A DNA stretch of 63,169 nt, filler included, from Reclinomonas americana ATCC 50394 (taxonomy: Eukaryota), in NCBI GenBank assembly GCA_048213135.1. It is 6 parts of 4 records of this genome, joined end to end, with 100 filler letters (N's around TTAATTAATTAA, not from the genome) between each part and the next. Parts side by side here need not be neighbours in the genome. Positions count along the whole stretch, not along the records: positions 25,820 to 28,269 come from AFZH01015450.1; positions 28,370 to 42,533 come from PS015763.1; 4 more parts are not named here. One strand, 5' to 3'. A model generated the notes under the pieces. That model did no database searches and was not told where the DNA came from. It saw only the letters and a program-made list of their open reading frames with translations. Shown piece after piece: positions 26,690-36,063 of the stretch (the stretch's first letter is position 1; each line of letters begins with the position of its first letter). The position numbers and the translations under genes were made by a program.

Positions 26690-28269
26690 GGCTGACGACG
26701 ACGTGCCTGTTGCGAACCATCTCACCACCCGGAACGGCGTGTGCCAGTACGTGCGCCGCGTGCCCGAGGACCTGCTCGGCGCGTTTGCGTTCGCGCGCGT
26801 CCAGCTGTCTCTGAAGACGCGCGATCAGCGCATTGCCCGCGAGAAGGCGCTCGCGCTGGATCTGGAATGGGACCGCCGCTTCGCCGAGGCCCGTCAGCGG
26901 CGCGGGCTGGCCAGCGCCGCCGACCAGTTGCCGTCCACCGACACGTCCAGCTGGAGCTGGGAGGATTGGGACGCGCTCGCCCGCTGGTTCGGCGCAAGCC
27001 TGTTGGAGGACGACTGGCGCGAGCGCCTTCGACAGGTCAGGGGAGCCGCCTTCGCGGCGGTGCCCGACATCTCCGACCTGCCGCGGCGGAGCAATGCCGA
27101 CGTGAAGGAGCATTTCGCACGGGAACGACGCCTGCGCACGATGACGATCGCCGACTATGCGGCAGAGCGATTGGGCTTCGTCCAGGCTTATGTCCGCCGG
27201 CTCGGCGTCTCGCTGTCCAGGACCTCGCAGCATCACGACCGCTTCATGGCCTCGTGCCTCGAAGCCGAGCTGTCCTATCTCGATGTCTTCCGCCAGCGGG
27301 AGAGCCGCCTGGGCGGCATCGGCACCGCTCATCCCGATACGATCGCCGGCCCGTGGCGTAAGACGGTTCCGGCGCAGTCCGGATTACCGGCGCTCCATGT
27401 CGTTCCCGGCGCTCCGGGCGCTTCGATCACGGTGGGCAAGACCCTCGCCGATTGCGCTACCAAATGGCAGGAGAACCGACGCCTCGCGAAGAAGCAGGTC
27501 AGGCCGGAATATCTGCGGGAGATGAAGCACACCATCTCCGACTTCATCGCGCATGCCAAAGTCAAGGATATCGGCGAGATCAAGCGCAAGCACGTGCTCG
27601 CCTACCGCGATCATCTCGGCTCGGCGCACGACTATGCGATCCAGACCATCAACAAGAAGGTCGGGTTCATCTCCTCGCTGATGGCGACGGCCTTGAACGC
27701 GGGATGGGTCGAGACGCCGCTCGGCAAGGAGATCTATCTGGAAATCCCCGAGGACGAGGACCGTCGCGAGCCCTACAGCGATGCCGAGCTCAAGCGCATC
27801 TTCGCCCACCCGATCTTCACGCAGGGCAAGCGGTTCACAAAGGTCAAGGCCTGCGCGGAACTGCAGTTCTGGCTGCCGCTGATCGCCTGCCTGCACGGGA
27901 TGATCAGTTCCGAGATCATCCAGCTTGGCCCCGATAGCATCATGCCTCACCCCGATGCTCCGGATGTCCTCTGCTTCGTGGTGACCAATGCGGGAGACCG
28001 CCGCGTCAAGACCCTGGCCCGCCGCCGCTGGGTTCCGATCCGGCGCGAACTTCTCGACCTCGGCCTGCGCGATCTCATCGAGGCGGCCCGTACCGGTGGG
28101 CAGACGTTCCTGTGGTCGGCGATGGTGACGCACGACAACGACGTCACGCGCGTATCGGGATACTTCTCGTCATTCTGGGCCGACTTTTCCCGCAAGGATC
28201 TGGAGATCGCAAGCGAGGGTACGACGCTCTACTCGTTCCGACATGCCTTCCAGGATCAACTCAGCCGGG
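26688..28269 (+). CDS. Tyrosine recombinase/integrase with DUF6538-like N-terminus, cut by contig end
   Basis: HLTTRNGVCQYVRRVPEDL..LSLKTRD; TINKK; REPYSDAEL; WLPLIACLHGM..EIIQL; VKT..RRWVPI; YSFRH. Confidence 0.85.
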
Positions 28270-28369
28270 NNNNNNNNNNNNNNNNNNNNNNNNNNNNNNN
28301 NNNNNNNNNNNNNTTAATTAATTAANNNNNNNNNNNNNNNNNNNNNNNNNNNNNNNNNNNNNNNNNNNN

Positions 28370-28526
28370 CTGACCGTGGGCAGGAAGGCCCAGCCGATCC
28401 CCTGCACGGCCTCGTCGAGCTCGCCGATGTTGATGACGCGCGGCTTGCGCTTCGTTCCGTAGCGCTTCGTCATGCCGCCTTCCGCATGCCCCATCAGCGC
28501 CTTCTTGACCTCGTCGGCGTGACCGG
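28370..28526 (-). CDS. C-terminal fragment of a tyrosine recombinase (likely the end of the 26688 integrase, inverted in the assembly)
   Basis: Minus strand reads GHADEVKKALMGHAEGGMTKRYGTKRKPRVINIGELDEAVQGI (LMGH...Y box II). Confidence 0.75.
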
Positions 28527-29336
28527 NNNNNNNNNNNNNNNNNNNNNNNNNNNNNNNNNNNNNNNNNNNNNNNNNNNNNNNNNNNNNNNNNNNNNNNNNN
28601 NNNNNNNNNNNNNNNNNNNNNNNNNNNNNNNNNNNNNNNNNNNNNNNNNNNNNNNNNNNNNNNNNNNNNNNNNNNNNNNNNNNNNNNNNNNNNNNNNNNN
28701 NNNNNNNNNNNNNNNNNNNNNNNNNNNNNNNNNNNNNNNNNNNNNNNNNNNNNNNNNNNNNNNNNNNNNNNNNNNNNNNNNNNNNNNNNNNNNNNNNNNN
28801 NNNNNNNNNNNNNNNNNNNNNNNNNNNNNNNNNNNNNNNNNNNNNNNNNNNNNNNNNNNNNNNNNNNNNNNNNNNNNNNNNNNNNNNNNNNNNNNNNNNN
28901 NNNNNNNNNNNNNNNNNNNNNNNNNNNNNNNNNNNNNNNNNNNNNNNNNNNNNNNNNNNNNNNNNNNNNNNNNNNNNNNNNNNNNNNNNNNNNNNNNNNN
29001 NNNNNNNNNNNNNNNNNNNNNNNNNNNNNNNNNNNNNNNNNNNNNNNNNNNNNNNNNNNNNNNNNNNNNNNNNNNNNNNNNNNNNNNNNNNNNNNNNNNN
29101 NNNNNNNNNNNNNNNNNNNNNNNNNNNNNNNNNNNNNNNNNNNNNNNNNNNNNNNNNNNNNNNNNNNNNNNNNNNNNNNNNNNNNNNNNNNNNNNNNNNN
29201 NNNNNNNNNNNNNNNNNNNNNNNNNNNNNNNNNNNNNNNNNNNNNNNNNNNNNNNNNNNNNNNNNNNNNNNNNNNNNNNNNNNNNNNNNNNNNNNNNNNN
29301 NNNNNNNNNNNNNNNNNNNNNNNNNNNNNNNNNNNC

Positions 29337-30235
29337 CGCAGGGATCCCGGGCCGCGCCTTCGCCCGCGCCATGGTGGCGTTGTCGTTCACGGCCGGCCGA
29401 CGGGCGGGCTTCGGCTTGACCGGGTTGGCGAAGGGGTGCGCCTCCAGGCTGCCGTCATTCGCCGCGCCCAGCATATTCTGGGCGACGGTGAGGAGGCGGG
29501 GAACCTCGCGCAGGACCTCGACCCGAAGCCGGTCGGTGACCGTATCGACGAGATCGCGGACCGGCACGCCGAAGAGCACATCGATGCCCTCGCGCGTGAC
29601 CGTCAGGCCGTCGCTGAAGCCGCTGCGCCCGTAATAGTCGAGCAGCCAGCTCTCGTAGCTGCGCGGCTCGCAATCGAAGCGCGGCCGCAGGAAGGACGGC
29701 AGCTGCAACCTAGCGCAGCGCAGGTCGCGTTCGATCAGGCGCCGCTTACGGACCTCGGTGATGCCGCCGCCGCGCTTGATCTCATGATCTTGGCCGCGCC
29801 GGTCTTCAGGTGGATCGCGATCAGATCGAAAGAACGCGACCCTCCGATACGGCCATGCGCCGTCGCCGTCAGGCCGGCGAGAGCTTCCGGCGTGTTGGTC
29901 GCCACCAGCGCCTCGGCGGCGTCCGTGATCGGCATCTCGACCTGACGCAGAACGAGATACTCGCCGCTGCGCTCCAGCGCCTCGCAGATCGCCGCCTCGA
30001 TCAGGCCGCCATGCCGCTTGACGACGGAGGAGAGATACGAGTTACAAACGCTGAGGCCGGGCCCGAGCAGCGGATCGGCGACGAAATCCGCCTGCAAGGC
30101 GCCCGCGGCCGCCCGCTCGACGCTGGCGATCAGCGATGCCGGCAGCGGCACGACAGAGGATGTGGACGAGGTGAGGGTGGACGATGATCGGCCTTGGCCA
30201 TGGTGATGAGCTCCTGACGTGGACGGGCTGTCCAC
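29337..30235 (-). pseudogene. PD-(D/E)XK-like nuclease gene with a 1-nt frameshift near 29785 (pseudogene or sequencing error); 3' end in gap
   Basis: KRHGGLIEAAI...FDLIAIHLKTGAAKI then, after the shift, EIKRGGG...RDLRCARLQLPSFL...LDYYG; joins ORFs 29735..30235 and 28494..29708. Confidence 0.65.
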
Positions 30236-30254
30236 AGGCTCTGATATCGACTTT

Positions 30255-30284
30255 ATAACTCAATATTGCAATCATAACTCAATA
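30255..30284 (+). promoter_or_regulatory. 11-bp direct repeat in the divergent promoter of the XRE gene
   Basis: ATAACTCAATA at 30255-30265 and 30274-30284. Confidence 0.55.
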
Positions 30285-30286
30285 AC

Positions 30287-30517
30287 ATGATTAACAAAGA
30301 GCAAGTCCGCGCAGCTCGTGTTTGGCTTGGACTCAGCCAAAAGGAACTGGCCGAGCTGGCCATGGTCGCTCAGGGAACCATTGCGTCTCTGGAGACGGGC
30401 AGCCGCATTCCGCACGATCGAACGCTGCGCGATATCCAGCATGCACTCGAAAGCCGCGGTATCGTCTTCATGTTCGATAACGGGCGGGGAATCGGCCTCC
30501 ACATCCGCTCCTCCTAA
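30287..30517 (+). CDS. XRE-family HTH regulator
   Basis: QVRAARVWLGLSQKELAELAMVAQGTIASLETG...IQHALESRGIVF. Confidence 0.9.
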   Translation: MINKEQVRAARVWLGLSQKELAELAMVAQGTIASLETGSRIPHDRTLRDIQHALESRGIVFMFDNGRGIGLHIRSS

Positions 30518-31209
30518 AGCAGAGCGATGCTATGCGCTCCGAGAGGGCTGACAGTTAGGCTGGGGGANNNNNNNNNNNNNNNNNNNNNNNNNNNNNNNNN
30601 NNNNNNNNNNNNNNNNNNNNNNNNNNNNNNNNNNNNNNNNNNNNNNNNNNNNNNNNNNNNNNNNNNNNNNNNNNNNNNNNNNNNNNNNNNNNNNNNNNNN
30701 NNNNNNNNNNNNNNNNNNNNNNNNNNNNNNNNNNNNNNNNNNNNNNNNNNNNNNNNNNNNNNNNNNNNNNNNNNNNNNNNNNNNNNNNNNNNNNNNNNNN
30801 NNNNNNNNNNNNNNNNNNNNNNNNNNNNNNNNNNNNNNNNNNNNNNNNNNNNNNNNNNNNNNNNNNNNNNNNNNNNNNNNNNNNNNNNNNNNNNNNNNNN
30901 NNNNNNNNNNNNNNNNNNNNNNNNNNNNNNNNNNNNNNNNNNNNNNNNNNNNNNNNNNNNNNNNNNNNNNNNNNNNNNNNNNNNNNNNNNNNNNNNNNNN
31001 NNNNNNNNNNNNNNNNNNNNNNNNNNNNNNNNNNNNNNNNNNNNNNNNNNNNNNNNNNNNNNNNNNNNNNNNNNNNNNNNNNNNNNNNNNNNNNNNCAGA
31101 CGATCCAGTAGCCGACGCGGGAGCGGTGCAGGTCACCGCTCCCGTCCCAACGCCATTCCTGCACACCCGCCGTGCGAACCTCGGTCCGCGCGCATGGAGC
31201 CGCTTTGCC

Positions 31210-31623
31210 ATGACTGACCGTCCTGCCGATCCGCTGAGCCCGATCCTGAAGCCCCATGCGCCCGCGCTGTTGCGGTTGTGGACGGCCGCCGCCCTGCCGC
31301 TGCACACCGATGTCGCGGCCCGTCTGCGGAGCCTGCTGACGCATGTCGCGATCCTCGGCATGCCGGGCCTCCCCGAGGCTCTCCAGGGCGATGCGGCGAT
31401 GGCATCCTGGCTCGCGCTCGAACTGATGCATAATGACGATGACACGCGGCGCGATCTGGCGATGACGGCCCTACTTCTGCGTGCCGACGGGAACGGGGCC
31501 TGCCGTCTCATTCTCGATCATGCGCGCGCCCATGAGCGCCGGCGTCGGGTTGAGTGGCATCGTCGGCCCGACCGCTCCGCCGGGCGGTTGACGAATGCCC
31601 GGCCTGCCTCCGCTCAGATCTGA
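31210..31623 (+). CDS. Hypothetical protein
   Basis: GC3-rich ORF ending 14 bp before the AAA gene; start uncertain (31126/31210). Confidence 0.5.
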   Translation: MTDRPADPLSPILKPHAPALLRLWTAAALPLHTDVAARLRSLLTHVAILGMPGLPEALQGDAAMASWLALELMHNDDDTRRDLAMTALLLRADGNGACRLILDHARAHERRRRVEWHRRPDRSAGRLTNARPASAQI

Positions 31624-31637
31624 CCTAGGCTATCGCC

Positions 31638-33459
31638 ATGACGTCCGACGATATCCCGCCGAACTCCGAACCCACCGATCCGCGTCGCACGAGCATCCTC
31701 GCCTCTCTCGCGCAGCCTCGTCGCGCGGCTGATGATCAGGAGACCCCGGTCGAGGCCGGGGCTGACGACGAAACGGTCTGGCGCCTAGAAGCCGATCGTC
31801 CCGAAGCGGCGGATGAAGGGCTCGACCAGAACGACAGCAGCCGCAGCTCGGGTAGCCCGGCGAACGGCGTGGCGGCCGGCCGCGCCGTGCAGTCCGCCTA
31901 CAATCCCGTCGAGCTCATCGTCGAGCTGGCCTTTGACGAGCAGGCCCGCGCTGATCGGCTGGACCTGCGCAAGATGCCGTCCGGCAGGACGCTGGTGATA
32001 GTCGTTCGGGTTCCGACCGAAGCCTGGGAGCAGCCGCTCGCCAGGCTGATCGAGAGCATCGATGGGCATCTCGCAATCCATACCGGCAGGAATGAGGTCA
32101 AGGCCCGGGACGGCGTGGGCCGGGACATCATCCGGGATCTGCAGGCAGGGCGCACCATCATCGGCATCGCCGCCGATCCCGATCAGCGCCTGCCGGCTCT
32201 CCTGCGCGGCGCGGCCGATCTCCGGATGACCATCAAGAGCCCGACGCCCGTCCTGATGCGCAAGGCCATCCGGCGCTGGACCGGTCGCTCGGCGCCGGCG
32301 ATCTCGGGAGCGGATGTCGCGGGGCTCGATCTGCCCGAGCTCGGTCTCGCCCTTCGCCGCGGTAGTTCGGCACGCGTTTGCGTCGAACGGCTGAAGCGTG
32401 CATCGGCGGCGACCACCGTGACCAGCTCCGCCGACGAGACCCCGCCGCTTGCGGAACTGACCGGCTATGGCGAGGCCAGGGCTTGGGCGCTCGATCTCGT
32501 CGAGGATGTGCGCCGCATGCGCGCCGGGCTGGTCCCGCCGGGTCAGTTGGAGAGCGCGATCTTCTACGGGCCGCCCGGCACCGGCAAGACCACCCTGGCC
32601 CGTGCGGTGGCAAAGGCCGCGGGATTGCCGATCGTGACGACCAGCATCGCGGACTGGTTCAAGGCGGGACCCGGTTATCTCGACAGCGTCATCAAGGCGG
32701 CGTCCGCCGTCTTCGACCGGGCGCTCGCCTGTGCCCCCTCGGTGCTGTTCATCGACGAGCTCGATGCGCTGCCCGACCGGGCGAAGATCTCGCAAAGGGG
32801 AGCGGACTGGTGGCTGCCGGTCATCACCAGCGTGCTGCTCCGGATCGATCAGGTCCGTGCCGACAAGAGCGGGGTGGTTCTTCTCGGCGCGACCAATCAT
32901 GTCGACCGTGTCGATGCCGCGATCCGGCGCCCCGGCCGCTTCGATCGGTCGTTCCTGATCCCGCCGCCCGACGCGGAGGGTTTCGCCGGCATCCTGCGCC
33001 TCCATCTCGGTGCCGAACTGCCCGGCATCGACCTGCTGCCGCTGGCGCGTCAGGTTCCGGGTTCGACCGGAGCGGACGCCGTGCAATGGATCAAGCAGGC
33101 CCGTCGCAAGGCACTCACCGCGGGTCGAGCGATCACCCTGGAGGATCTGCGCGCCGTCATGATGCCGCGGGACACGCGCTCGCCGCGAGAGCTGAGTCTG
33201 ATCGCCCTGCACGAAGCCGGCCATGCCGTCGTCGCGCGGAGCCTGGGGATCGAGGTTCGCTCGGTCACGATCCAGGCGCGCGGGAATGCCGATGGCTGGG
33301 CGGAGCTGGTCATCGACCGGGCGCCGGATCGCGACCGTCTCGACAATCAGATCGTGGCGATCCTGGCTGGCCGCGCTGCCGATATCGTTCTGGGCGACGG
33401 CCCGAACGCCGGTGCCGTCAGCGATCTGGAGAAGGCCACCGAATGGGTCGCTGCCGCTC
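31638..33459 (+). CDS. Soluble FtsH-like AAA+ ATPase / M41 metallopeptidase, 3' end in gap
   Basis: GPPGTGKT, FIDELD, ATNHVDRVDAAIRRPGRFD, HEAGH, LAGRAA, GAVSDL; no TM segments. Confidence 0.88.
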
Positions 33460-34423
33460 NNNNNNNNNNNNNNNNNNNNNNNNNNNNNNNNNNNNNNNNN
33501 NNNNNNNNNNNNNNNNNNNNNNNNNNNNNNNNNNNNNNNNNNNNNNNNNNNNNNNNNNNNNNNNNNNNNNNNNNNNNNNNNNNNNNNNNNNNNNNNNNNN
33601 NNNNNNNNNNNNNNNNNNNNNNNNNNNNNNNNNNNNNNNNNNNNNNNNNNNNNNNNNNNNNNNNNNNNNNNNNNNNNNNNNNNNNNNNNNNNNNNNNNNN
33701 NNNNNNNNNNNNNNNNNNNNNNNNNNNNNNNNNNNNNNNNNNNNNNNNNNNNNNNNNNNNNNNNNNNNNNNNNNNNNNNNNNNNNNNNNNNNNNNNNNNN
33801 NNNNNNNNNNNNNNNNNNNNNNNNNNNNNNNNNNNNNNNNNNNNNNNNNNNNNNNNNNNNNNNNNNNNNNNNNNNNNNNNNNNNNNNNNNNNNNNNNNNN
33901 NNNNNNNNNNNNNNNNNNNNNNNNNNNNNNNNNNNNNNNNNNNNNNNNNNNNNNNNNNNNNNNNNNNNNNNNNNNNNNNNNNNNNNNNNNNNNNNNNNNN
34001 NNNNNNNNNNNNNNNNNNNNNNNNNNNNNNNNNNNNNNNNNNNNNNNNNNNNNNNNNNNNNNNNNNNNNNNNNNNNNNNNNNNNNNNNNNNNNNNNNNNN
34101 NNNNNNNNNNNNNNNNNNNNNNNNNNNNNNNNNNNNNNNNNNNNNNNNNNNNNNNNNNNNNNNNNNNNNNNNNNNNNNNNNNNNNNNNNNNNNNNNNNNN
34201 NNNNNNNNNNNNNNNNNNNNNNNNNNNNNNNNNNNNNNNNNNNNNNNNNNNNNNNNNNNNNNNNNNNNNNNNNNNNNNNNNNNNNNNNNNNNNNNNNNNN
34301 NNNNNNNNNNNNNNNNNNNNNNNNNNNNNNNNNNNNNNNNNNNNNNNNNNNNNNNNNNNNNNNNNNNNNNNNNNNNNNNNNNNNNNNNNNNNNNNNNNNN
34401 NNNNNNNNNNNNNNNNNNNNNNN

Positions 34424-36004
34424 GTTTGGCGCCAGACGCCGCCGGAGGTCGAGAGCGCGTCGTCGCACACGGCGCCGCCGGGGGCGAAACTCAGGCAGGC
34501 CACGGCGCTCGTGACGGTCGGCTCCGAGGCGAGCGCCTTCGACGATGGGGCGGCTGACGGCTTCGCCGAGCTGGACGAAGCGGTCGTCGAAGGCATCGTC
34601 GGTCGGCCCGTGCGGCCGCCATTGATCTTCCCCGTGGCGATCGAGAATTGCCTCGACGACGTTGCGCGCGTCCACTCGCTTCCGCGAATCTTGGCGACCA
34701 GTGCGCTCCTCGTCATTGCCGGTGCCGCCATCGGCACGCGGGTGCGGGCGAGGGCCGGCGCCGTCTGGTCGGAGCCCCCCACTCTCTGGGCCTGTGTCGT
34801 GACGCCGGCCGGCTGGCGCCGGATGACGGTTGCAGCCAGCTTGTCGAAGCCCCTGCTGACGATCGAGGAGGGCGAACTGGCGCGGTGGCAGGAGGCCCTC
34901 GGCAAGCTCGCCCAGGAAAAGCTGATTCACGATGCCGCGTTGAAGAACCATGCCGCCCTGGCGAAACGTGCCGAAGCTGAAGGCAGGCCCGAGCCGCCAT
35001 CGCCGATGTGGTCGGGTGGGCAGAGCGCTCCTGTGATGCCCCGGATTACGGTGAACGAGACGGCCCCACCTGCGATCGTCGAGGCTGCCGTCGCCGGGCG
35101 GGGCCTGTTCTACATGGCGGAAGAGGGCGGCAGGCTCTTGCGGGCAGCCCGCCCCGGCGAGCCGCTCGGCGAGCTCGTCCTCGCTGGCCATGACGGCAAT
35201 ACCTTCAATGTGCCCTCGGCGAGGCATACCGATATCCGGCGGATCGAGGGGTTCGGGTTGTCGCTTCTGATCGGGACCGTTCCGGCGGCGCTCGCGGATC
35301 TCAAGGTCGAGCGCAACGATCAGCTCTTCGCGCGGATGATGTGGATTGTCCCGACCCGCAAGCCTGCCTTCGCCATCGCGCGCCATGCCGCAGACCTGAC
35401 GGTGATCGAGAACATCCTCTCCGTTCTGCGGAACTGGGGGGACACGGAACACGAACTCGTTCTCGCCATGCAGGCGGTCGAGGTTCTGGAACAGGCCGTG
35501 CGGCGTTGGGAACAGGAAGCTGCCCGGCTCGGCGGTGGCCCGGCTTCGGCCTGGATGGAACGTGCCGGCACGCAGGCGATGAGGGTTGCGCTGGTCATCG
35601 AGATGCTGAGGGCGGCCACGACTGTCGAGCCGCGGCGGCCCCGGATGATCTCCGGCGGCACGCTCGCTGCCGCTGTCCGCTTCATCGATCTCGTGCTCGT
35701 GCCGGGCATGATGGAGGCTCTTGCGGCGTCGGGGGCGACCGCGCCGGCCGGGCTGGCCGAACGGATCATGCGCTATGTCGTCGAGAACAAGCTTGCGACG
35801 GTCAACCGGAGGGACCTGAGCAGGGGGCACCGCGGATTGTTTCCGGATGGACCGGCTCTTCGTGATGCCTTCGATAGCCTGGTCATGGCCGGCGTGCTTC
35901 GGCCGGTCGGCCACCTTGGCGCAAAGGGGCGTCCATCGGTGTCCTACGAGGTCAATCCGCGCCTGCGTGCTGGGGTCGAGAAGCGGCGTTCTCCGGCCAG
36001 CTGA
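34424..36004 (+). CDS. DUF3987/YfjI-like protein (replication/helicase-associated), 5' end in gap
   Basis: WSEPPTLWACVV, PRITVNETAPPAI, GHDG, LSLLIGTVP, ARM, C-terminal wHTH-like GRPSVSYEVNP. Confidence 0.65.
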   Translation, partial: VWRQTPPEVESASSHTAPPGAKLRQATALVTVGSEASAFDDGAADGFAELDEAVVEGIVGRPVRPPLIFPVAIENCLDDVARVHSLPRILATSALLVIAGAAIGTRVRARAGAVWSEPPTLWACVVTPAGWRRMTVAASLSKPLLTIEEGELARWQEALGKLAQEKLIHDAALKNHAALAKRAEAEGRPEPPSPMWSGGQSAPVMPRITVNETAPPAIVEAAVAGRGLFYMAEEGGRLLRAARPGEPLGELVLAGHDGNTFNVPSARHTDIRRIEGFGLSLLIGTVPAALADLKVERNDQLFARMMWIVPTRKPAFAIARHAADLTVIENILSVLRNWGDTEHELVLAMQAVEVLEQAVRRWEQEAARLGGGPASAWMERAGTQAMRVALVIEMLRAATTVEPRRPRMISGGTLAAAVRFIDLVLVPGMMEALAASGATAPAGLAERIMRYVVENKLATVNRRDLSRGHRGLFPDGPALRDAFDSLVMAGVLRPVGHLGAKGRPSVSYEVNPRLRAGVEKRRSPAS

Positions 36005-36063
36005 GCAGTTTGATCAATCCAGCATTTTCGAGCGCGTAACACCGGAGTAACGGGGGTGGCATC

